64,000 bases of DNA, from NCBI GenBank assembly GCA_035084275.1, contig CM068762.1, forward strand, positions 3,348,001 through 3,412,000, given 5' to 3'. The DNA is from Hydrolagus colliei. Its lineage: Eukaryota. The first letter of the stretch is position 1; each line of letters begins with the position of its first letter. The notes beneath the pieces are model-generated. The model was given only the letters and a program-made list of their open reading frames with translations, was not told the origin of the DNA and made no database searches. The translations under genes and the position numbers were made by a program. Shown here piece after piece: positions 51,387 through 62,050 of this stretch.

Positions 51387-51675
51387 ACTCACTAGTTAGA
51401 GCGCTCACCTAACAAGCGAGTGACCTGGGTTCAATTCCAGGCAGGTCGGGGCAAAATCTTGGGCAAGTTTCCTTACTCCACACACCTGATAATAATCCCT
51501 CAAAAAAAAATTGGTCATCTCAATCCACGACTGTGTGTGGGACGCTGCTGTGCGCAATTGGCTGCTGCGTCTCGCCCACAAGTGTACGGTCAATTCACTT
51601 TACGGTATATTCTGTGAAGCGCTTTGAGAAGATGTGAAACTCATTATGTCAAATACAAGGATCATTATTATTATG
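51387..51675 (+). mobile_element. tRNA/Deu SINE
   Basis: Family head, core and tail present. Confidence 0.82.
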
Positions 51676-53615
51676 CGAGAGTATCCACTTTCAATTCCAG
51701 GGCAGAGTGAAACCTGAAGCAAGTTTCCTTACTCCACACGCCTCTGCTTACCCAGCAGTAAGTAGGAACCCAGTGGTCAGTCGATTGGTGGATCGCTTTT
51801 CTGGGAGTAATAATCTCTTCAAAAACAATGTGATATATCAAATGCCAGGATTCTTCTTCTTATTATTATTACTAAAGTCTCTGACCAATAGTTTCAGTGA
51901 TTCTTAACCTTGCTCCCGTGCTTGTGCTCTCGCCTCTAGGTCAGAATGAGCGCTGCTTTGACAGAGGTGCCGTCTTTGGGTGAGATGTTAAACTGAGATC
52001 CTGTCTCCCAAACATTGCAGCCAATTTGGCACAGCAGTGTCCCCAAAACAACCATGAAGTGGATGATCAATTGCATCAGGGAGATTGTTGGCCAGGGGAG
52101 AAATTAATGTCCATCTGAACAGGCAGTCAGGACCTTTCTCATCCAAAGGGCAGCACCTCCAACAATGCAATAACCCCCAGGACTGTATTGGAGTGACAGT
52201 CTAGAACTTGTAAGTTAAAGTCACGACATGGGGCTTGAACCCACCACCTTCTGACTAAAGCCTATTTGAAAGGAAAAGAGAGTTTCTTGTGTTGTCCTTC
52301 AATGCCTGTCTCAAGACCTTCCTCTTTGACTGTGCCTTCTCTCATCCTCTCACCTCATCCCCCTTGGCTCCCAGCCCACTTGATTCTAACCCCCAGCCCG
52401 GAGGCAAATGTTTGTTTGTCCAGCGCCTTGGGACGTCATCCATTTGTGAAAGGTGTTGCATAAGTGCAAGTTGTCGTAGTAGTTGTTCTAACTATCAGGA
52501 GAGGCATTGCTGTAAGTTGGCCTCTTGCCTACAAGTAATAATCATTTGTATATTTATATTTAATATCACCGCATTTCCCAAAGTGCTTCACAGGATTTGT
52601 GTAGTGATTGTGTATTTGTAGGCAACCACATAGCCTTCCTTACCGGTCTCCACTTGCTCCCAGTGAATTCACTTTAACAACAACAACCAAATTACACTTA
52701 TATAACGCCTTTCATGTCAGGAGGACGTCCCAAGGCACTGGAATAATCCTTTCAATCCAATTTATCTGGCTTTCCCTCCTATACCCCTGTAACTGACCCT
52801 TTTTACACAGGCACTCCACTTATATTCACTCCAGTAGATTCTGTGTAGCGCTTTGAAACACCTCCACGACGTGAAAAGGCACTGCATTGAATGCAGGATA
52901 TATTATTATTATTATTTATCCAGTTGCTTCTTGAAGGACAATATGGATTCTTTAAGAAGAACAACAACAGCAATGTGCACTTATAAAGAACCTCTTTCCA
53001 ACTTTAATTGTCTTCACGGCCTTGAGGGTATGCCAACGCTAAACAAGAAATAATAACCAATATAGTCATAATAGTAATAATCCTTTGGTATAATAATAAT
53101 CTTTGCATTTGATATAACTCCTTAGCACGTCTCAAAGCACCTCAACAAATATACAACAAAGTGAATGGACTGTATTTGGGTATGGGTATTGTACCTTATC
53201 ACATTGTTCAAAGCGCTTCACGGGACTTTACCATGACGTGTCATGACTGTGTTTTGTAGGCAAATGCAGCAGTCACTTTGCACACAGCAAAGTCCCACAA
53301 AAAAAACATCAAGTGAATGACCAATTTTATAAGTGAGATTTCTAGCCAGGACACCGGGAAAACCTTCCTTCTCTTTACGGACCTGAACAGTCAATTTAAT
53401 ATCTCATCAGAAGGAAGACACCTCCAACATTGCAGGATTCTCAAGTACTGTATTGGAGTGTCAGCCTAGGCTGTGAGTTGAACATCCTGATTTGGGCCTT
53501 GAACCACAAACCTCTGACTCAGAGGTGGAATGCTAGCACAGATTGATCCTCTGATTATATGTGGACCAGTTATGTACCAATCTACTTATTTCACTCATGT
53601 ACTCTCCCTCCTCAG

Positions 53616-53716
53616 AGTTTTTACTCCATCCTCCGCCCCTCAATTATCAATTGGATCCTGCCAACATGAACGATTTCCACAGCTCCAACTTCAACCAGGA
53701 AGGAATCTATGTGTAA
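53616..53716 (+). CDS. RASSF8-like: RASSF7/8-type protein, terminal exon (...SSNFNQEGIYV*)
   Basis: Hand-found; ctcctcag acceptor, phase 1; ends FNQEGIYV like RASSF8 FNPEGIYV; the four exons sum to 1203 nt (400 aa plus stop). Confidence 0.88.
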
Positions 53717-54329
53717 ACCCTGCATTTCCTGCTCAGTGCAACCCACAGAAATACCACAACCCTCCCTCCTCATCCCAGCATCAGCACCGCCGGTGCCAGA
53801 TCTGCTTCCTTTCCAATGGGACGAAACAAGTACTGCAGAGAACGGTGTTTATTTGGCAGCATACAACGCACTCTTAAAATCTCCTGCCACCTAATCTGTG
53901 GCCAGTGGTAACTTGGCTCCAGGGAAACTTGCATGGATGTCCCCAACAGTTGACAACAATCCAGGAGGCCATTCTGTGTCTTTGGATCTGGGTTTGAGAT
54001 TGAAATGGAAACTAATGACATGTCCAATGTACTGGTGGACTCCATTGAGTAACTGTGAGTGTATGTTGCATCTGGGACTAGGATAGTGGGCACACACAGT
54101 GATAGTCTATTGTTGACCACTGCCAACAACACCTGCATTTATATAGTGGCCTTCACACAAGTCATATCTCACAACCACAGAGAATGTTTTAGTCAAACTG
54201 TCAACTCGGTCTATTTAAAAGGATTAGCACCATTAGTATGGCTGGTGCCAATTTTTAATGAATCTGGTATTGCGAGCAGTGCGATCCATTATGAGCTTGT
54301 GAGTGTGTAAAGGTCTTACATTTGAGACT

Positions 54330-54960
54330 GAGACTGATAGTGGCTAGACTGTGTGGATATAATCCATTGTCTGTGTGTCTGACGTCTCATAGAACAGCCT
54401 ATTGTCACAGAAGCACCTTGGCTGCCAATGCTGTGAAATGTAGCCTCTTTACACCTTGGCTTCACACATACGTAACCACACATGTGCCAAACTTGTCTAT
54501 CTGTCTCCCAGGGTTGATGTGTGTAGGTCATTCATTATTGGTGAGCAGAAGACCTTGGCTTGTAAAATACTGGCAGGTAGGAGACCTTTCTCGCCTCCCT
54601 CCAACGCTACCAGAGTAAAGCCAGCGCTTGGAGTGGTTGTGTACTCTCCACCTCCTCAGACAGGGCTATCAGCATAGTTAAGAAGGCTATTGGCAGCAAT
54701 ATTGCCAAACACTGTGCCTCACTGTCCAGTACAGTTTGATAAGCGCGAGTTGTTGGCCCACTGAGTGCCTGGTGTGCACAGGAAGAGCGTATTGTGTGGA
54801 TCAGTGAACACACAAACCCCAGTGTGTGCATTGGTGTACGCAGAGAGCTCATTGCATGCATGGTGTATAGCTCTGATGATATATTGGTCTTATGAGTCTC
54901 TGCGGCTGTGCACACACCTTAGACTGAGATGGAAGCCACATTTGCAGACTTCGATCTGAG
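54330..54960 (-). mobile_element. Highly degraded non-LTR LINE fragment
   Basis: Minus strand IKLYWTV...QYCC remnant and a short tandem tail (TCAGTC)n. Confidence 0.4.
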
Positions 54961-56594
54961 TGCTGTACTGTTGCAAACTCCTTAGCTTCTGTTGGAACAA
55001 CCACAACAACGACGACAAAATGACATTAGTACAGCGCCTTTCACATTGGAGGATGTCCCAAGGTGCTGGAATGTCCTCACACGGTTATGCTCCCCCAGTT
55101 GGTTGTTGCAATGTGGTTGGCTAACTAGAGGAGAAATCTGACCACTTCTGGGAAACGCTGTGTAAATGTGCAAGGTTTAAAGAGCCTCTGAAAAACTTAG
55201 AGTTGATGCATTTATTTTTTCACAAATAAATTCCAGATTTTTTCCATTTTATCCCAGTCAGTGGTGGGTGAGGTGAAAATTCAACGCCATCATCGTCAAC
55301 AGTGAATGAATAACCAGTTTCAGGTCTTGGTTTGGTGTTGACCTCCTGTTAATGTACGGTCTCCTGGCCTATTCCCAGCGCGGCAATGTTGCGAGCTGAA
55401 TGCACAGAATATTTTAGTGAAGCATCTGTAGTTGATGCAGAGGGGACTCAGCCACGAGATCAAAGGGGTGAGGTTGCCCTCTGCTAGTTCAGGTGGACGT
55501 TAATGATCCAGTGAGACTATTGGAAAAGAGAAGGTGAGCTTAAATAATAATGCGATAAAAATATATAAGTACTGTACTTTCTTATTACAAGGAATTCGCT
55601 GATGTGTGGTGTCAGCAGAGCACTCACTGCCTGATCTGTCAAGATAATGGAAATGTACTTTCTGTATCTCAGACATTCCTCCTGACTGCGTCTGACCGCA
55701 CCCGGGCTCTGCAGCAAACCGTGGAAAATCTAATGCCAGGACTACTCAACTGAGACCATTTATTATTCATGTCCTCCTTGCAGCTATCAGTCTGTCATCT
55801 CTCTGGGCTCAGCAGATTGACAGACGGAATGGTTGCAACGAGGCTGAATGGTCAGCCTGTGCCTGGCCAATGACATCCTGAGAGTTAGAAGCACCAGTGA
55901 TTAGTGAAGTGTTTCCCATTCAGGTACTCACAGTGATTGTGGGGCAGGGTCACAGCATGTATGCAACTGCCAACATCAAGCAGCGTGCCACAAGCAGGTG
56001 AATAATCCATTACTCCGGGGATTGTAAAGTAGGACAAAGGCAGAAACTCCCTTCTCTTTTCCAATAGCCCCCTGGGATCTTTATCGTCCACCTGAACAGA
56101 CCTCGGTTTTAACATTTCCGATGAAGAACGGTAACTCCCAACAATTCTTCCATTGGAGTGTCAACTTGGATCCTCACAGTGGGGATTGAATCCACAACCT
56201 TCAGACCCAAAGGTCAGAGTGCTATTGATTAAGCCAAGCCGACACTTGGCTTATTTCAGCACGTTTTGTGTTCTTGGGTTACAGTAAATTGTTCCAAATT
56301 GGCCCCAGCAGGAATAGCACAATCTGCGCTGTCACTCTCGCCAGATTTGGGGAATTCACTGATCGGCTCCGAACTCTAATTGGACACATAAGGCTACAAC
56401 CTTCCACGTGACACATTAGTTATTATACAGGTCTTTGGCAGGAAAAAACGCAGGATTATGTGACTCAAACACTTAGGGATTTATCAGAAGCTGCAACTAG
56501 ACTTTGAGTTTTAGTAGCTCTATGTGACTGAATTTATAATAATAATAAGGCCGAAACATCACAGAGGGGATTTCTGTCAGCATCTTGTCAACTT

Positions 56595-56695
56595 GAAATA
56601 AAAGCAAGTTGGGAACACTCAGCAGGTCAGGCAGCTACTACAGAGAGAGAGGAAAGTGAGTTAACGATTCCAAGTAGATAATCTTTTCAGAACTG
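56595..56695 (-). mobile_element. Degenerate Penelope-like terminal fragment
   Basis: Shares gggaacactcagcaggtcaggcagc with the 3891 and 61120 copies. Confidence 0.5.
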
Positions 56696-57343
56696 GTCAA
56701 GAACAAAGAACTTATATAGTGCCCTCCACGCAGGATAGCGTCTCAGAGTGCTGAGTCAACCTGCCTGCAAGTCTGGCAGTAAACATTGGAACCATCCAGG
56801 AAAGGAGCTTGCTCCGAAAAGGAATAATTGTACAACAGATGGCAGGGTATTACATAGAGGACAATTAATAGGTGTAGAGTGTCACAAACAATTTAAATGC
56901 AGTTGTAACACCCAGTTTTAGGCCTGGCTAAGATGAATTAATGCAGCACAGTCCGAAATTTGAATCTGGATTTTATCTAATTTGTGCAGAAACTTATCAA
57001 ATGCCTTTATATGAGCCATTTGATAAGGTTCCGCACGAGAGGGTATTGGGAAAAATAAAAGTGCAAGGAATTGGAGCTAATCTGGCAATGTGGTTTAAAC
57101 GTGGCATCATTTTAAAATTAGAGCTGGGCCATTTAGGAGTGAAATTAGGAGACAGTTTTTCACTCAAATCTGGAACTCTCTCCCCCAAAAAGCTGTGGAT
57201 ACTGGATCCATTCACACCTTCAAGACTGAGGTGGATAGATATTTGTTAGGTCAGGGTATCAAGGGATAATAATAATAATCCTTGCATTTGATATAGCAGC
57301 TAATCAAGTCTTCTATACGTCTCAAAGCGCCTCACAGAATATA

Positions 57344-58273
57344 CAGGTAGACCCCGCTTAACGAAACTTCACTATAACGAGGGTTTCTATTTGTACCACT
57401 TCTCCCCTTAACAAAGGCTGCTTTCACTATAACGAATATGTACACACACTTTAAATCTCGCCGGCTTCTCGTGCGCAGCTTCTCTCTGGTTGCCCCAGCA
57501 ACACACACTCAGTCTTTAGCGTGCCTCAGTTAAAGTGCAGCCCCTCCCATATGGGAGGAGCTTAAGCGGCAGGATGCTTCGTGGCTTCAATAATAGTAAG
57601 TCGAGATGGGGGGGATAGAGAGATAGAGAGGAGGGGGGGGGGGGTAGAGAGGGAGGGGAGGGGGGATAGAGGGGAGGGGGGATAGAGGTGAGATAGAGAG
57701 GAGGGGAGGATAGAGAGATAGGGAGGGAAGGGAGAGGGGGGAATAGAGAGGGAGGGGAGTGGGGATAGAGAGAAAGAGAGGGGTGTAGAGAGATAGAGAG
57801 GAGAGTGGGGGGGCGGGGGTGGTGGAGGTAGAGGGAAAGAGAGGAGTGGGGGGGCGGTGGAGGTAGAGGGAAAGAGAGGAGGGGGGGTGGGTAGAGATAA
57901 AGAGAGTGGAGGGTGGGGGGGGGGCGGAAGAAAGAAGTGTGTCACATGTCCTGAAATGCCTGGGTCCAGGTTGCGATATTTCAGTGCGGTGACTGTGCAG
58001 ACCTGGCCTAGAGCAGGTAGGATTGGCGTTTTTATTCCTGCAATTTTTGTCACATTCCGGATTCCGGACTTTTGGCCGCTCAACCTGTACACCGAAAATG
58101 TTAGCGCTAGGAACCGCTGGGAACTAAACTGATGTTAGCGGGGAGGCTCGGGTCGGGGCGGCATTTTGGCTGCGACCAAATACAGTAATACAGTTAAACT
58201 CTCGCTTAACAAAATTTTCACTTAAAGAAGGGTTTTAAAGTCCCTAACCCCTTCGTTAAGTGGGGTCTACCTG
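57344..58273. mobile_element. TcMar/Tigger-like MITE nested in a SINE
   Basis: 22-bp TIRs with one mismatch (CAGGTAGACCCC(G/A)CTTAACGAA), TA duplication; the SINE sequence resumes on both sides. Confidence 0.88.
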
Positions 58274-59397
58274 TACTATAAAGTGAATTGACTCACTTTG
58301 GCAGCAGCCAATTGCGCACAACAGAATTCCACAAACAGTCATGGATTAAGCCGGCACAGACTAGATGGGCCGAATGGCCTCCTTTTGTGCCGTAAAATTC
58401 CATGAATCTATAAGTGATTAACAAGAGCAGGTAACTGGACATCAGCTCAGGAGGTTGAATGGCCTACTCCTGTTTCTGTGTTTCTAATGATCAAAGGAGG
58501 AAAAATTTGGAAGGGCACTGGGGGCAGGGAATCCTCCCACTCCTGTTAACTCTGCATGTCAGCCCTAACGAGTTGTATGGTCCAGCCAGATAAGCAGTAC
58601 TATTAATGGCAAACCATGTGATTTTAGCTAGTTAGATTCTAGTAAAATCTGTGAAGCGCTTTGAGACATCTAGAAGATGTGAAAAGCGCATATCAAATGC
58701 AAGGATTATTATTATGCAGCAGGCCAGAGTCAGCTGAAGTCACAAATAACAATGAAGAAAAGCTAATTTTTCTGCGATTTTGATGAGGATGGAAACTTGG
58801 ACGCGCAGGAGACACTCCTCATTTGCCCTGAGAATCGAATTCAAGATCCTCATCCTCACTTTCAAGGCCATTCACAGCCTTGCCCCTTCCTATCTCTACG
58901 ACCTGCTGACAACAACAACAACTTTTTATAAAAACAAAAAAAAACTATTAATATAGCGCCCTCCATGCCAGATGGAGTCTCAGAGCGCTTCCCAATAACG
59001 GATCCCGGAGTCTACCCGGGGGAGGGGGATAAAGATGACGAAAAGTGCGATTGAAAAGAAAGCTGAGATCTGAAAATAGGAAGGTCTTTAGCTGAGACTT
59101 GAAAATAGGAAGAGAGGGGCCAAGGCGAAAGGAGTGAAGAAGGGAGTTCCAGAGCCTTGGGGTGTCGTGGCTGAAGGGACGGCCGCCGTTGGTGAAGCGG
59201 AAGATTCGGGGGACAAGGTGGAGGCCAGACCCGGTAGAGGATAGAGGAGGGAAGAGAGATAGGTGGAGTGCAGAGGAGGGCAGAGATTTGCAAACAAGAG
59301 AGAGCATCTATCGATCCTCTCAGAGACAATGCAGTCTGGCAAGAACTAGGGTAATCGGGGTGGGGGGGGGGTTTGGGTGGGGGAGGTTTGATGAGAC

Positions 59398-59915
59398 CAT
59401 AAGAATTAGGAGCAGGAGCCTGCCCCGCCATTCAATAAGATCATGGCTGATCTTCTGACCTAACTTTAATTACCTGCCCTAGCCCCTAATCCCTCTATTT
59501 TTCAAAAATCTGTCAGTCTCAGCCTTGAAATTGTTCAGGGACTGAGCATCTACAGCCTTCTGGGGTAGTGAATTCCATAAATTCACTACCCTCTGAGTGA
59601 AGAAATGTTTCAACTCTGTTCTAAAAGGCTGACCCTTAATTTTAAGACTGTGACCCCTGGTTATAGATTCTCCTACCAGGGGAAACAGTCCCTCAGTGTC
59701 TACTTTATCCACCCCTTTAAGAATCTTATATGTTTCAATAAGATCCCCCCTAATTCTTCTGTACTCTAGAGAATACAGCCCTAGTTTATTCAACCTATCC
59801 TCAAAGGTCAGTCCCCTCATCCCAGGAACTAACCTAGTGAATCTACGCTGCACCCCCTCTAAGGCAAGTATGTCCTTTATTAAATAAGGAGACCAAACTG
59901 CACACAATACTCTAA
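59398..59915 (-). mobile_element. CR1 LINE 3' fragment
   Basis: VWSPYL...LEGVQRRFTRL...RRIRGDLIETYKI; TTCTTATG tail. Confidence 0.85.
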
Positions 59916-60294
59916 GGGTGAGAATCCTGACTCCCTACGAACCTGCCCACTCCCTCCGTTCAACTGGCTCCAGTCTGTTGTATGTCCCTCGCCCGACCAA
60001 CCCTACAATCGGTGGCCGGGCTCTCAGCCTCTGTGCCCCACACTCAGGAACTCCATCCCTGAGACCCTTCGCCTCGCTTCCTCCCTTACCTCCTTCAAGG
60101 CCAGTCTCAAGACCCTCCTCTTTGATCGTTCCTTTCTCCGCCCTCCCATCTCTCTCCCTCCCCTCCCCTCTACCCTGCCCCTCCCCCTCCCCCTTGCTCG
60201 GGTCCCGACCTGACTGTTCAGCACCTTGGGACATCCTCCCAATGTGAAAGGCGCTGTATAAATGTAATTGTGTTGTTGTCTTTAAAGATGAAGA

Positions 60295-60490
60295 GGGGGG
60301 GGGGAGGGCTGGGGAGGGGAGGGGAGGGGGAGGGAGGGGGAGGGGAGGGGAGGGCTGGGGAGGGGGAGGGCTGGGGAGGGGAGGGGGAGGGAGGGGGAGG
60401 GGAGGGCTGGGGAGGGGGAGGGCTGGGGAGGGGGAGGGAGGGGGAGGGGAGGGCTGGGGAGGGGGGGGATGGGGGAGGGGATGGGGGGTA
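60295..60490. repeat. G-rich (GGGGAGGG/GGGCTGGGG) low-complexity tract upstream of BCAS2
   Basis: Dense runs of three or more G. Confidence 0.8.
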
Positions 60491-60621
60491 TTAAAAATCT
60501 AAAAGTTAGATACCCACCTGACGCAGTGCTTTCCCCAACCAAATAAACCGCCCAATTGGGCGTGAAACCCGCCCAACATGATCATGGTGACTGTAACAGG
60601 CAGGAGGGGTGGGGGGGGGGA

Positions 60622-60809
60622 AAGCTGCGCAGGCGCGGTGTGTCAGTGAGGGCAGGGGAAGCTGCGCAGGCGCGGTGTGTCAGTGAGGGCAGGGGAAGCT
60701 GCGCAGGCGCGGTGTGTCAGTGAGGGCAGGGGAAGCTGCGCAGGCGCGGTGTGTCAGTGAGGGCAGGGGAAGCTGCGCAGGCGCGGTGTGTCGGGGTAAG
60801 ATGGCGGGC
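60622..60809 (+). promoter_or_regulatory. BCAS2 promoter/5' region: 37-bp tandem repeat with five NRF1-like motifs and a YY1-like AAGATGGCG over the ATG
   Basis: Units start at 60622, 60659, 60696, 60733 and 60770 (partial); each has TGCGCAGGCGC; CpG-rich. Confidence 0.75.
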
Positions 60810-60893
60810 CCGCTGGCAGTGGCGGGTGATGTGGTGGTGGACGCGCTGCCCTATTTTGACCAGGGATATGATGCGCCGGGAGTGCGTGAGGCG
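60801..60893 (+). CDS. BCAS2: Pre-mRNA splicing factor SPF27/BCAS2, exon 1 ([31 protein letters not shown])
   Basis: [20 protein letters not shown] is the BCAS2 N-terminus; GCG|gtaagt donor; exon 2 was not found before 64000. Confidence 0.93.
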
Positions 60894-61119
60894 GTAAGTG
60901 CTGAGGATCGATGGGGGAAAGTCTGGGAGAGGCCGCTGTGTGGGAGCGGCGCCGGGGGAAGGGGGGGGGGGAGAGTGAGGCCTGTACCGGGGGGCAGTGT
61001 GTGTCAGCCTGGCTCAGTGGGAGCCGCTCTCTGAGTTCAAGCTCCACATCAGGACAGTCCCGCCTTGTATTATATACTGTACATAATAATAATAATAATA
61101 ATAATCCTTGCACAAACAA

Positions 61120-61215
61120 CAGAGATCACTGGGAACACTCAGCAGGTCAGGCAGCATCTATGGAGAGAGCAAAAGCATATCAACCTTTCGGGTCCTCGAC
61201 CCTTCGTCAGAACTG
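61120..61215 (-). mobile_element. Penelope-like terminal fragment with a hammerhead-like remnant
   Basis: Minus strand CTGACGA-A-GGGTC-GAG-GACCC-GAAA followed by GATGCTGCCTGACCTGCTGAG. Confidence 0.6.
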
Positions 61216-61339
61216 GGGCATGTTGGGAGGGAGAGGCTTTTAAGGACAAACAGAGGCAGGGCAACGGAGACAAAGGAGAGAATGGGGGTAGAGGGCAGGA
61301 GATGATGGGGTTAACGTGGTGTTAATGTTGTACGTTAAC

Positions 61340-62050
61340 GGGTTTCACAACATGGTTGAGAGAACAGATGAGAGTTGTCTCAACCAGACATCAAGACCCT
61401 CCTATTGACTCGGGCCAGCGCCTCCACACCTCAGGCATTGGCAGCATCAGCATCCGCGGACTCCACCAAGCCAGACAGGAACCTGGGCAACTTGACCCTC
61501 AACTTTACCTTTTTGCCTCCACCCTCGACTCCAGGACCACTGCTGTCCTCACAGATTGCCTGTCGGATATTAAGTCTTGTACGGAAGCAAACTTTCTCCA
61601 ATTGAATGTCCTTCTGCTTGGCTTCCATCAGTGCCTCCATAACTCAGGCACTGATGGCATCACCATTTGTGGATACACTATCCCTCATGGAGCCAAGACG
61701 GAACCTCAGCATCCTGTTTTCATCCTCAACTGTCCTTCATACCCCACATCGGTGCTATGACCCATTCACACCTTTCCCCACCTGCGCAACATTGCTCAGC
61801 TCCGCCACTGTCTCTCATCACATGCCACCAAGACCCTCATCCTTTGTGACCTTCTAGCTCCCTAGCAAACATTCAGCGAGCCTACAACCTACTTCACATC
61901 CCCGGCCTCACCCTCCTCAACATTTTTGGGTGCTCCTTCAGCCTCTCTGAACCTACCCTCTGGAATTCCATACAGTGTTCCATCTGGCTCGCTCCCTGCC
62001 TTGCCTCCTTCAAGACCAATCTCAAGACCCTACTCTTCAACCATGCCTTC
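61340..62050 (+). mobile_element. Degraded L2 fragments
   Basis: FLQLN and L2 3' similarity. Confidence 0.65.
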
